Assembly (NCBI GenBank): GCA_973895155.1
Contig: OZ316891.1
Location: forward strand, 2,927,801-2,991,800
Reading direction: 5' to 3'
Origin: Marsupella aquatica
Lineage: Eukaryota; Plantae; Marchantiophyta
DNA: 64,000 nt
How positions within the stretch are numbered: position 1 is the stretch's first letter; every line of letters starts with the position of its first letter. The notes below the pieces were generated by a model that was given only the letters and a program-made list of their open reading frames with translations, searched no databases and had not been told where the DNA came from. This document shows positions 1-11,800 of the stretch, piece by piece. The position numbers and the translations under genes were made by a program.

Positions 1-824
1 TCTGTAAGTCGATCGTGCCCGGAATATTGAAGACCTCGTCCAAAAGGCGAAGCAGTGCCTCCCAACAACCGATGTATTTGCCTCCGTCGAAGAAGTACCC
101 TGATACCTCTTTGGGTCGGTAAAGCTCGCTCTGGGACGGGTACTCAAAGTTAAGGAGATAGTGGTGTTGTCCTGCTTGGCGGATGGCTCTCTTGTATTCG
201 CGTTCGATCTTGTAATGGCGCGGGTTAGCATGTTTCAATGAGTCGGCCAAGTGTCCTCCGATAGACAGGAACTGAGTCTAGAATCATATGGCCGAACTGG
301 AAAGGATCGTGTGTGACATTCAGAGGAGATAGCAGGTGACTAAGGAAAAGCGAGAGAGCTAGGATCGAAGTTGGCGCGTGGACTGGAGAGCTTGGTGCAC
401 TGCAAAGGATCAACCCCCTTTTTATACCCTGAGAGCTCGTCGATCGCCCGACGCCTCCTCGTCGCTTATAGGTCGAGCCTTTCACGCTTGCAATGTACCG
501 GCCCCTTCTCCAGTCCGGGTCAGCTCGTGTCAGTGGCCCTTTTCTCCAGTCCGGGTCCGGCTCCAGGTCAGTCAGTCCGGCTCCGGCTCCAGTCCGGGTC
601 AGCTTGTGTCAGGGCCCATGACACGCTCGCAACCCGGGCGTGCAAATGGCGACCCGCCGCCAGCCCGAACATGGATTCCCCTTATTGACTAATGATTTCC
701 TACTCATAATGGCTACCTAAGTACTGTTGTTATGCTAATAATAACGGCCTAAGATACCCCTAACCTGCGTGCTAAGCGTGGTTAGACCAAATTACTCATT
801 ACCCGCTGTACAGGCGGCGTCACA
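1..824 (-). mobile_element. LTR of a second LTR retrotransposon nested in the 3' LTR of the Gypsy element (continues beyond the window start)
   Basis: Similarity to the intact 5' LTR stops abruptly at 824/825. The minus strand starts TGTGACGCC at 824 (TG terminus, similar to the host terminus TGTGATGCC). A TATAAAAAGGGGG box lies at 426..414 on the minus strand, and short CCAGTCCGGGTC repeats lie at ~505-605. Confidence 0.75.
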
Positions 825-2519
825 CCCCTTCTCTCCTTGGCCCCGGTAAAGGGGTTTTCCCTGGTAAGTTGGCTAAGGCCAACTTTGGAAGCAGTATTTT
901 GTACTGGCCCCGTTGCCGCTGTCGTTCTCCTTTCCTTCTCCAGCAATTTCAGCAGATTCTGCATGCTGGTTGCTGCATGGGCAAGTCCTCCTTCCTCGGC
1001 CTAAACACTTGCTCGATTGTAGGACTGTCGGGCTGGGTCGGTTTCTCTATTGTCGGCCTTGGTTCCGGAACCTCCTCTGGTGATCTTGCCTGCAGGGGCA
1101 GTACCGGGGTGAATATCTGGCTTCGGGCATATCGGCACAATAGCGGCATGTGATAACCAAGCCGGGACACGCTTCCCATGCCAATCACCAGCTGTTCCTC
1201 CTTCAAGATCTTCTTTAGTTGGGTTAGGAGGTACCCATTGTAGTCTCGGCTTGGGTCTGGCCTCTCCGCCAGATAGACCTGTGCCTTGCCGATCTCTGCC
1301 CTCGGCAAGTTACAATGCATGGTCACCCACAAGAAATCAATCATTTCTCCTATGTGCGGGTTGGTGCAGGTATTTCGGAAGAAGCCATTCTTTGTTGATG
1401 GCCCTGGAAATGACCGGAACTCCTTGTCTGGCAAGGTCTTCCTGGTATCTACTTTGGTCTTATTGCCCATCGGCAAGCCAAACACTTTGGCAATCACCCG
1501 GGGAGTGAGATAGAAATCCTTCCCATACACCCTTGTGGAATTGGTCTCGGGCTCCCATGATCCCACAAATTCTAGTAAGTCTGAATCCGGCACCTCCAGC
1601 TTCAGCCATGGTAATTTTACGAATGCTTCCAAGCCGGATCTGGCCATGAAGCCCTGGTATTTCCGAGTCTACATAACCGTAAAGCATGCATCCTCTTCCC
1701 GCGCAAAGTGTAATTGCACCTCCTTGGGGAGGATCGCCGCCCAGCCTTTCCAGGTGTCATCTCTTGTTGGAACGACATTGACGGGGTCGACCTCCTCCTC
1801 TTTGGCTTCCGCCTGCCTCTGCTTCCCTACTCTGCTGGTTTCCTGGGTGCCGCCGACCTTGTTCTTTTCGCAGGGGTGGCTTCTTCATTGTTGTTCCCTT
1901 TCCTCTTCATAGCGGCTGCCATGGATGTTTCTCCTAGCACGGTTGCCTCCGTCCACCCCTCCGTGCCACCCTTCAAATCCCAGTGTATGTCGTTGCAGCG
2001 ATTGATGGCCTCCCGGATGCCGACTATCTTGTTCTCACAAAATAGAAGATCGTCGAGTTCGTCAGCAGTAGGCGTCCACAAGAATTCAGCTGTAATGAGT
2101 TTCCTTCCTAAGAAAGCAGACTTCTGCAGCTCCCACAGCCGAGCGAGCTCCTACCATTCTTGAGCTGCTCTCTCTGATTCTTCGTCCTGGTAGTAGGTCC
2201 CAATGTACTCAGTTTCCCGTTCTAATAGGCATCCCCAAAAATGAGCAGCTTGATTGACGTTGCTCATACCCCTCTTGAGTTGATCGTTGGTATTTGCTTC
2301 CACCCCGAGTGCTTGCCTGAGCAGCGGGCAGCAGTTGGCCTCCCGTAGTCGTTCGCTTGGCTTGTGTTTGCAAATGAGCCACCAGTCCTTGCGCTCGGTC
2401 CTTACCCCCCCCCCTTGGCTGGTCCTCCTTCCCGTTAGTAGCCACCGGTACCTAGCACGCCTTAACCCTAATCGTGTTTCCCCCAGTGTCCTTACTTTTG
2501 GCCTTGGCTTGGGTTCCAT
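825..2519 (-). pseudogene. Disrupted N-terminal half of the LTR-encoded protein (3' LTR copy)
   Basis: ORF pieces 2585..2151, 2081..1827, 1647..949 and 964..782 match the N-terminal half of the 1199-aa ORF. The ATG of MEPKPRPK is at 2519. Confidence 0.9.
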
Positions 2520-2639
2520 AGTCACCCTTAATTGTTTATATTTCCCTATTTTTGTTACTATACTAAGGTGTTTCCTAAGGTACACTGAGACCTGATTTTA
2601 CTAATTAAGCTGGCCTAATGTTCCTGGCTAGGCATCACA
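825..2639 (-). repeat. 3' LTR of the Gypsy element (first ~1.8 kb; interrupted at 825)
   Basis: Starts TGTGATGCC at 2639 directly after the PPT and is colinear with 13546..~11737. Confidence 0.92.
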
Positions 2640-4042
2640 TAGCTCCCCACTTAATTGTGAAGCGTCCTTGCGAACAACTTTATCTTCATCCATATAGTAT
2701 TTCTTGAGGCGGTCGTAATGAATGCGAACGGGGTATATTTCTCCAGTGATGTTGGCCAATTGCACGGAGCCATTGGAGAACTTCATGTTTACTCTGAAGG
2801 ATCCTAACCAGCGAGTGTAAAGTTTACCCGGGAACCTACTATACCTACTATCATAAAGTAATACAAGATCTCCTGTGTGGATACTAATCGGTTTCAATCT
2901 TTTATCGTATTGCTGCTTCATGGTATTCTGTCTATATTCTACTCTCTCGGCTGAAATCATTCTTGCTTCTTCTAAAGCTTCTAATCTATATTCTCGCTCC
3001 TTTAGGCTTTCCTCCTCAGAGACTCTTTCCTCAATTGTAATTTGAAATGTGGGTATCTCAAGTTGCATGGGTACCAGAGCTTCTTGGCCAAAGGTTAAGA
3101 AATAGGGTGTATGACCAGTAGTGGATTTATAGGCTAAATTGTAAGCAAAAACAACAGCAAATAATTTATCATCCCAATCGAGTTTGTTCTGAGCTACAGT
3201 TTTGTTTAATATTTTTCCTATAATCCCATTGGCTCGTTCTGTCAACCCATTTGCCTTTGGGTGGTAAGGAGTAGTAGGTCTATGTCTAACTAAATATTGC
3301 TGATTTAAACGACTAATTATATCATTCAGAAAATGGGTTCCTCTATCACTAACTAATTCTAAGGGTGCTCCATACCTGGTGAAGATCTGCTCATACATGA
3401 ATTGAGCCATAGTAATTGCGTCATCCTCGTCGTCGGCCTGGCCTCCATCCATTTAGTTGCATAATTCGTGGCCAGGATTATGTACTTGTTTCTCCGAGGA
3501 TGGGTCAATGGTTTCATAGGTCCCATGAAATCAATACCCCACTTCTCGAATGGTGCCAGAGGTAGAATAGGGTGCAGAGGATGTCTTGTGGATGCCCTTG
3601 GTCCTCCCGCTCGTTGACAAGGATCGCATTGTTTGATAAACTGATAGACATCTTTGTGCAAGGTGGGTCACCAGTAACCGGCATTTAATATCTTTTTAGA
3701 CGTGGTTACTGGAGCAAAATCTCCGTCGGCCTCCTCTCCATGCATAGCCCGTAAGACTCGTTTGACCTCTCCCTTCTCCAAACACCTTTGAATCGTGCCA
3801 CTGATTCCATACCTGTGTAGCACACCCTTAATGTACTGATACTGTCTGACCTTCCACAGAAAGACTACGGCTTGTTCTCGGGTTAGCCCTAGCTGTAATC
3901 TGGACGTGCTGAGAAATTGCAAAATCTCAGGGTACCATGTATCAGCTATTTCCACAACGAGTAGCTCTTCGTCGGGAAATTGGTCATCAATGCAATTTGT
4001 GGCAAGTTCACCTGTGATCCTTGAATTAAAAGAAGTCGGCAT
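2628..4042 (-). pseudogene. Gypsy integrase (three ORF fragments)
   Basis: HHCC remnant (MHGEEADGD...CDPCQR), KWGIDFMGP, LVSDRGTHF, TPYHPKANGLTERAN and a GPY/F-like C-terminus (RWLGSFRV). The stop at 2630-2628 lies inside the 3' LTR. Confidence 0.93.
2640..2652 (-). other. Polypurine tract of the Gypsy element
   Basis: AAGTGGGGAGCTA abuts the TG start of the 3' LTR. Confidence 0.8.
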
Positions 4043-5702
4043 TGGCGTGTAGCTTTCCCGGCTTGATTTTTAGCTCATAGTCAAATTCCTGTAATAACAA
4101 AATCCATCTTGCTACCCTGCCTGTAAGGTCCGGCTTATTTAGTAGGTATTTCAAACTTTCATGATCGGTATGAAAGATTACTTTGTACCCTAGCAAATAA
4201 TGCCTAAACTTTTCACATGAATAAATGACTCCTAAAGCTTCTCTTTCTGTGGTGGAGTAGTTCCGTTCGGCATCGGCAAGCTGGCGGCTTGCAAAGTATA
4301 TGGGATGGTCCCTTCCTTTCTCATCAAACTGACTTAGTACTGAGCCGATACAGAAGCCTGAGACATCTACGAAGACATGAAAATCTTTGTTCCAGTCTGG
4401 TGCTATCATGACTGGGGCCTCTACTAACTTTTGCTTTAATTCCACCACAGCTGTTACTCTTTCTGTTGTGGGTTCAAAGTTTGCGCCTGCCTTGAGCATA
4501 TTGGTTAATGGTAAAGCTAGCTTGGCAAAATCCTTGATGAACCGGCGATAATACCCAATGCACCCCAAGAAGGATCTCACATCTTTTATGTTTTTAGGTT
4601 GCATGATATCAAGCCATACTGCTAGCTTACCCTTGTCAATCTCAATGCCCTTCTCCGATACTTTGTGCCCTAGCAGCACACCTTATTTTACTCCAAAGAA
4701 ACATTTATCTGGGTGTAACTTGAGACCTACCTCTCTGCATCTCATGAAGGTCTTCCTTAGGTATTTAGCATGCTTTGATGCTTTCCCAAATACTGCAAAG
4801 TCATCAATGAAGATTTCCATGAACTTTCTCAAGTAGTCATGGAAAATGTTCACCATTAATCATTGGAACATAGCTGGTGCGTTGCAGAGTCCAAACAGCA
4901 TACGATTGAAGACATAGATCCCCCATTCTGTGATGAAGGCCGTCTTGATTTGGTCCTTCTGCCTAATCCTAATTTGGTTATAACTAGAGTACCCATCCAT
5001 GAATGAGTATAATTCATGATTGGCTACCATGTCTAGTACCATATCAGTAAAGGGTAAAGGAAAATGGTCTTTTAACGTAGCCTCATTCAACTTCCTGTAA
5101 TCCTGACAAACTCGGATCTTGGGTTTACCATCGGGTCCAGCTTTCTTGGGAACTATCACAATTGGAGACACCCAGTCTGAATGTAGGACTGGAGTGATGA
5201 ATCCGGCTTCCACTAGTTTGTCAATTTCAGTTTTGACCATCAGGGAATACTTAGGGTTCATCCTTCGAATTGGTTGTTGAAATGATTTGGCCCCTAACAT
5301 GAGATCAATTCGATGTTCTCCTAATTTTGGGTCTACTCCCTTCAGGTCTTGGTGACTCCATGCGAACACATCCTGAAATTCAATCAGTAATTCACTGATT
5401 TCTTTCTCAAGCTCAGGTGCTAGGTCCCGTCCCAAGTTCAGTTCCCTTCCTTCTCCTAAGTCAAGCTTTCGGTATTGCCGTGCTTGGATCATATTAATCT
5501 GCTTCTTTAAGTTTGGGTCCAATTTGGCTTCTAGCCTCTCCAGTCTCATACCTCCATAAATTGGAATCTCGGCCGTACTAGCCAAGTTGGTTTCTACCTG
5601 GTTATCCGTAGAGTGTCCCCTCGCCGGACTATTCGGTTTTGAATTGGTGATCGGCTTCCCTTCCTGCCTAGGCTCTGGCTTATTTCTGTGTATCTCATCC
5701 AT
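4026..5702 (-). pseudogene. Gypsy reverse transcriptase and RNase H (disrupted)
   Basis: WVSPIVIVPKK, RVCQDYRKLN, FGLCNAPAMFQ, IFIDDF in the interval ~4810, VRSFLGCIGYYRRFI, NYSTTEREAL and TDHESL. Confidence 0.95.
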
Positions 5703-5848
5703 TCCTGCCTCCTAAGGGTCAGGTCGTTGTGCTCTTCCGGCTTCTAATAGGGCCTCAATTTGTTCTGCCCTTGTAATCGGCTTGTATGCCGATTCCATGG
5801 TATTTATTTTATTGCCGATGATAGACGGCGTTGTGGATCCTACCGGCT

Positions 5849-6814
5849 CTACCACAACGCCCGAGGAAAATCCATTGGCTCGGGTGCAGCTCCCCACTTA
5901 GCCGTTTCATCCAACTGGTCCACTTTTTGTGCTTCCTCCAGAATTGAAGCTAAAAAGGTGGACTCTATGGCAAAGCAATCCTCGGTTTCGTCTTCATATT
6001 CCTCCAAGTCACTCTCCATAGGTTCTTGCCATAGTCCGCTGGGGGATACCTCTGGTCCAAAGATACTTTCTTCGGTCAGGTTAGTGAGGCATTCTAGCCA
6101 ACGTACCTCATCTGCTGACTCCAGTCCACTATCATACCCGTCTACCTCCCTGATGCTTCTCCTTCGGTCATCCTTGGTTTCCCAAGATACCGTGATAGCG
6201 GGGTTTCCAAAAGTGAACTCCTTCTTCCCCCAATCCTCTATTACCTTGGCTAGATACAGCCATGGCCTGCCAATCAATAGCCAAAATGATGTAGGGTTTA
6301 CCGGCTTCATTACTACATAGTTAATGCTAAAGAAGATCCCTCCTATCATAGTCTTGATGCCGGTTAACACTCCCGTGGGAATGACTTGATACCCATTGGC
6401 CATGTTCAACACTCTTCCAGTCATCTCCGGCGTTAGTCCCCATCCTTTTGCTGTTGAATCAATCATAATGCATACCCCTGATCCTCCATTGATGGGTACC
6501 CTTAGTAATATTTCTCCTTGAATCATTAATGGTAGTGTTGGGGCTCCTTGATCTTCTTCTATCATTAGCACGTCGGATCTGTTTGCTACCTTGGGTAATC
6601 TCGGCTTGCAGGGAATGGCCTTCCTTAACTGCTTCCAGAAGTATGGGCTATTTTTCAATAGTTGACCTACTGTTGCCGAGACTCTAGATTCTAGTACATC
6701 TTTAGCCAAGTCATAGGGGACTATCGGCTTCTCTTCTGCCGGTGTCTCTGTATGGGCTTCTGCCGGTTTTTTCACACTAGTTTCCACATCCCTTGGATCC
6801 TCCAAAGCGAACAA
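5849..6814 (-). pseudogene. Gypsy aspartic protease region
   Basis: VPINGGSGVCIM (catalytic D apparently replaced by N) and LLIGRPWL. Confidence 0.8.
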
Positions 6815-6823
6815 CGCTTTGGC

Positions 6824-8810
6824 TCATTTCACATCCTTAGCTATGGCTTCGGTATTCTCCAGGGTTTCCAATTCTCGCAGTTGTTCCTTAACACTAGCCA
6901 TAATAGAGGGGTAAAACAACTTAGGGTGATCTTGATTGAAGTCGTTGTCCTGTGAAGGATTGGGCTCACTGGTGGGCTCATGGCTTACCTGTGTTGTCGG
7001 CGCCCTTCCTTCTCCTTCTGTTGATGTTGATGAAGAGTCGATCTTTTCTTCTTTAACCTTCCCTTTATTTTTGGCCAGCCCATCCCACCTTTCCTTCCTT
7101 CTCGTGGATTGAGTAGAGACCCGATAGCAATCATGATCTAAATCCTCTTCTGAAAATGTTGATAGGGCCTTGACCTCATCATTAGATGGTCCAAACTCTG
7201 CCTTGGCATCCACTTGCCATCCAAGTTTGATGTGGTTGATTTGAACTCCTCCTGGGGTAGTACCCGAAGGCAAGACCTTGACCGGCAAGAGCTTATGATT
7301 TGCGGCAAGTCCTGCCAACCAAGTAGGACATTGTCCTGGCATGTGACCTTCCTGTCGGCATCCCATACATAGCTGAGCTGGTTGTCCATCACCTTGTTTG
7401 CGTGCAAAATGGCCAGGTTGACCACCATTCTCTAGCAAAATGGCCAGGTTGACCACAATTATAGCATGCCGCAAATCGTTGCACATTTGGCCTAGGAAGT
7501 ACTGACAGATTCTGAATAATCCAAGGATACATTTCTCCCGGATTGTTCCTTAATCCTGACTAGAGAGATGCAGGTTGGTTGGATAAGTCTCGTGCTCCAG
7601 TCTCACTGATGCCAAAAACACTATCAGCGGCATCCCCTAGAAAGTACTCTACTTCTCCCTGACATGGTCTGACCTCAGCCACATGCCGAACATGACTAGT
7701 ATTAAGTTTAGGACATGCGTCTTTATGATGTCCGGTTTTATAACATAAGGCACACCATACAGAGCTATCCTCGAGTACTACCTTATTCTTTGGTTTTACC
7801 TCTGCTATTATAGCTTTAAGCTGCTTGGTAAGAGCTATGATGTTATCTGGCATTTTAGCTTCTAACTTGACTTTCAACTTCCCCCTCCTTCTACCCTTCT
7901 TTTTCCGAGATTTTCCTTCTTCAGAACTAGAAGATGACTCACTCTTGCTACTTCCACTATTCGAGCTTGAGTTATCACTTCTTGACTTCTTAGAATGTTT
8001 CTTTTTCTTATCTTTTTTCTTATGGGGTGATCCTTCCTCCGATGAGGAACTCTCAGACTTGAGCTATTTTTTCCGGCTTGTGATGTCCGCATTAATGTAT
8101 AATTGAATATCTCTAATTGCCTTGGCTAAAGTCTCTGGGTTCTTTTTCCTAATTGCAAAACTCATCTTCTATGGCAAAGCATTCATCAACCATTGAAGTT
8201 GCATACCTTCAGATGCATTGGTCTTTGTACGTCTTACCAGCTTTTGGAAGCGTTGCAAGAACTTTCTGAAGGATTTGTTCTCCTTGAACCGGAGTCGTCC
8301 CAATTTCAGCACTACTAGCTGTGAGGTTCCAATGGGTTGAAACTCCTTTACAAATAGTGATTTGAAGGTATGCCAGATGGCTTGATCTTCCACATCCAAT
8401 GCTCTGTACTAAGGCCTAGCCTCACCCTTGAACAGGCCGAGAAGAATCTGCATCTTGATGGCCGATTCTCCATTTGCTACAGTGGTCCCTTCGAAGTCAT
8501 CCAACCATTCATCCGGATCATCATCTCCTCTTCCATGAAATGCCTTGTAATGAATGCGCGACTGTTGGCTCAGTCTGGTCCTAGGCCTCTCTTCTGGCCG
8601 TGCCTCTGGTTCCCCCATGTCGGTTGGGGACTCACTTCTCCCTACCGACTCCTCTTCTAGTATGTCTTCTTCGATGCCACTTTCAGTTACGGAATGACTA
8701 GCTCCTTTTGCCCCTCTCAGTCGCTGTGTATCATGCCACTTGGCGAGCTGCTGTAGACAAACTCTCTCCCGTTGAATCGCTCTTTCCTCCCTTGGCGTAG
8801 TTTCAGTCAT
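6824..8810 (-). pseudogene. Gypsy gag (fragmented) with several CCHC zinc knuckles
   Basis: FHGRGDDDPDEWL and WHTFKSLFVKEF retrotransposon-gag motifs. Knuckles CALCYKTGHHKDAC, CYNCGQPGHFARE(W) and CMGCRQEGHMPGQC. Confidence 0.85.
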
Positions 8811-8856
8811 TACCTACGTTTCCTCCCTGACTTCATATCTCACAGTTTAAGAAATG

Positions 8857-8875
8857 CCCCCTCCATCTAGCGCCA
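8857..8875 (-). promoter_or_regulatory. Primer-binding site (TGGCGCTAGATGGAGGGGG), not the tRNA-iMet type
   Basis: TGG-initial motif 4 nt (TTTT) after the CA end of the 5' LTR at 8880. Confidence 0.8.
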
Positions 8876-8879
8876 AAAA

Positions 8880-11800
8880 TGTGGTGCGTCCCATGGCTCC
8901 CTAAACCCAAGAAACCCCTCTGCTCAAGCCGATTCCCGCAAGTTTCGCTCTTGGCGAGGCTGATTTCGCGGCTTAGCGACATGGGACGCTGCTAACTTCC
9001 TTCTACTACTATTGCTATTAACATTTTACTCACATATACTGGAAAGATCCTTCATCAGGTCATGAGATATGTAGCTGGCCTATTCTTGGCCTTCCCTTGT
9101 CCTCCTCTCTCGGTTTTCCTTTAGGTATGTTTGGATTCCGCCACCGGAATGATCCCCAACTGGCTTGGGTAAGCCGCTAAGACCTTTCTCAGCTTGACAC
9201 ATCCAACTCTTACTACCTTGCTTACTCCCTTCTTGGTTGATGTGGGCAATCTTCAAACAAGTTAATGCGACACACAAATAGCAAAATGACTCCTTCTGAC
9301 TGAGTTATACCATGCACTTGCCATACAAACAGTACTCATATACAAGATCTGCGAACTAAGCCGTGAGGCTAACTCTATTCATTTCTTAGGTATGAGGAAA
9401 CATGAATATACACAAGGGTCACAGTATAACTAACCGAGAGCTTCTTTAACTACTTGATCCCAGTCCTGTTGGTGCACTAAAAACTTGCTAAGGAAGAAGG
9501 CCTTGAACTCCCCGCTGCCCAGGTACTTATCCTGGTAGTGGATCCGCCTAATTCCTTGCAGCGTAAGCCTAATCTACCTAACTGTAGTCTACCTATGTAC
9601 AGCAAGGCAGGAGCACAAGTGTTGCTCTTACCAGTGGATCCACAATCTCACTAAGCTAAGTGTTAGGGCCGCCCCTTGGTCCTGATCGTCCTTGGAGATT
9701 TGAGCCCGCCCTGCCCACTCACGCCTCCTCCCTCCACGTCTGCCCTCCTTAAAAGGAGCGACCCTCCTCCACCGTCATGGCAGCGGTGTCTGGTCCTCAA
9801 TGGACGCCCCCAACACTTCCTCCGCAGCCACTACTGTAGGTCCATCCTCTGACAGATTACCTGCTCCTGACCGAGTCAACTCTCCATCGGCCTGACTGGG
9901 TCCATCCTCGGCTTCGGCCACGGCCTCCTCGGCATGTTCTAGTGATGGATCCGGTACCCCGACTTCATCACCGAGTATCCTGGCCCCGACTTCATCATCC
10001 TTGCCTTCTAGGGCAGTGGGATCCTCTACCGTGACCCTGCCTGAGGTTGGTGTTGGGTTTACCTCCTTGGTCGCGATGACTTGAGGAGCCGTATTACTCC
10101 TTGACCCAAAAGGTTTCCGCTTCTTCTTCTTTGGTTTGGCAGCTGGCCCCTTCCCCTTGCCACTTACCTCCGGCACCGGTGCGAGTGTCTTGGCTTGTCC
10201 TTCGGCCAGTACTACACCAGGTAACTTGGTTGCCCCAATTGGAGTTGGTCCTGAGGAAGCCAAGCACTTAAATACTGCGGCCTGTTTCTTCAGCCGCTCC
10301 GTTTGGTTGTCGGCTTGCCGTTGTAAGTTTTCTATCTTCCGCGTGCTTTCCTCCAACTCCTCCTGCAATTCATCCAAGTCCTTGCGCGCCTCCTCCCGCT
10401 CCTTCTGGGCTTCCTCCAATTCCTTCTTTAAGGTCGCCCTCTCCTCCTGGGTTGCTCTCAGCTCCTTGTCGAGCTCCGTAACAACCCCAGACTCCATTTT
10501 ATTCATCTTGGCATAAGTCTGGTCGAGCTGGTTGTCTTTCTCACGGAGGTCGGCCTTGAAGCTGGCCGTCATGGATGTGAGCTCCTACCGCAGCACGATA
10601 ATCGCCTGATAGAATTTCCCTAACTCGGTCTCCTTCTGCTCAAGGGCTCCGCGAATATCCTTGAGTTCCCCCTTCGGCGCCCTTTCCCTTCTCTGAGTTT
10701 CTGCCATGGCCCGATTGTTGGCTGCTATGTGGGCCTCCTCTACGTCTCTCAGCTCTTGCTTCCACTTCTCCTTCTCCTTGATCAAATTGGCCAGATCACA
10801 TTGGGTCCGAGTCAGTTTATCCTTGATAATCTGATTATCAGACTGCGCGATATCCAATTGCCCCTGCATGATGTTGAGCTCATGTCGCTTAATCCGCATC
10901 TCATCTTGGGCTTTCTTGGACGCCTTCAGGTCTTCTACCTCGGCTTCTCTTGCCCTAAGCCAACGGATGACCTCGTCCTTCTTGCTTCTTTCCAAAGCCA
11001 CCGCTTCTTCTAATCGGTGCTTCTCCAATATTTTCCTCTGGAAAAAAGGTCCCTGCTCCAACTCCTCCCCAAGGATGTCGAGCGCAAGTTCCCCACACAT
11101 CTCCCCGTACTCCATGGCTCGTTCTTTAGCATAGGCGGAGTGAGCAGAAGTCATCGACATCATCCACAACGGCCTTTGTTCCCAGGCAGCCTTGCGAATT
11201 TCTTCTATCGTGGCTGGCGGGTTGCTTTGTTTTTCTGCAAGCCGCCGGATGTCCTCTGGCCATTCTCCTCCTGGTAAATCCTTCTCCCTTGCCAGGGCTC
11301 CCTCCTCTTCCTCCCTGCGTCGTTCCTGAAACTCCTATGCCGTCTGTTTTATGCCGTCAAAACTCGGGGGAGTGACATCTGGTGGGGGAGATTCGGGGTT
11401 GCTCTGCTGGGTCGGGTCCCCTCAAACTACTCTTGGAATAGTGGGGATGAACCTGCCACACGTCCTTATTCCTGGAACATGATGGTCCGACCCGTAGCCG
11501 GAGTCATCATTGTCGTAGCCTTCTACCGCCTCCTCCTCGGCTTGGACTACCGGCTCTCCCTGCTGCTGTCCTGGTCCTACCGTGAACGCAACCCCAGAAA
11601 TCATGGGTCTTGGTTCCTCTGGCTTCCAGGTTGATCTCATCTTCTCCCTGTCATGACCAGGGGCCTCAGGCTGCTTCTCCTCGGCTTCGGGACTTGAAGC
11701 TCCTACATACATTTGGACTCCCGGCTTGTGTTCCGGCCCCCTTCTCTCCTTGGCCCCGGTAAAGGGGTTTTCCCTGGTAAGTTGGCTAAGGCCGACTTTG

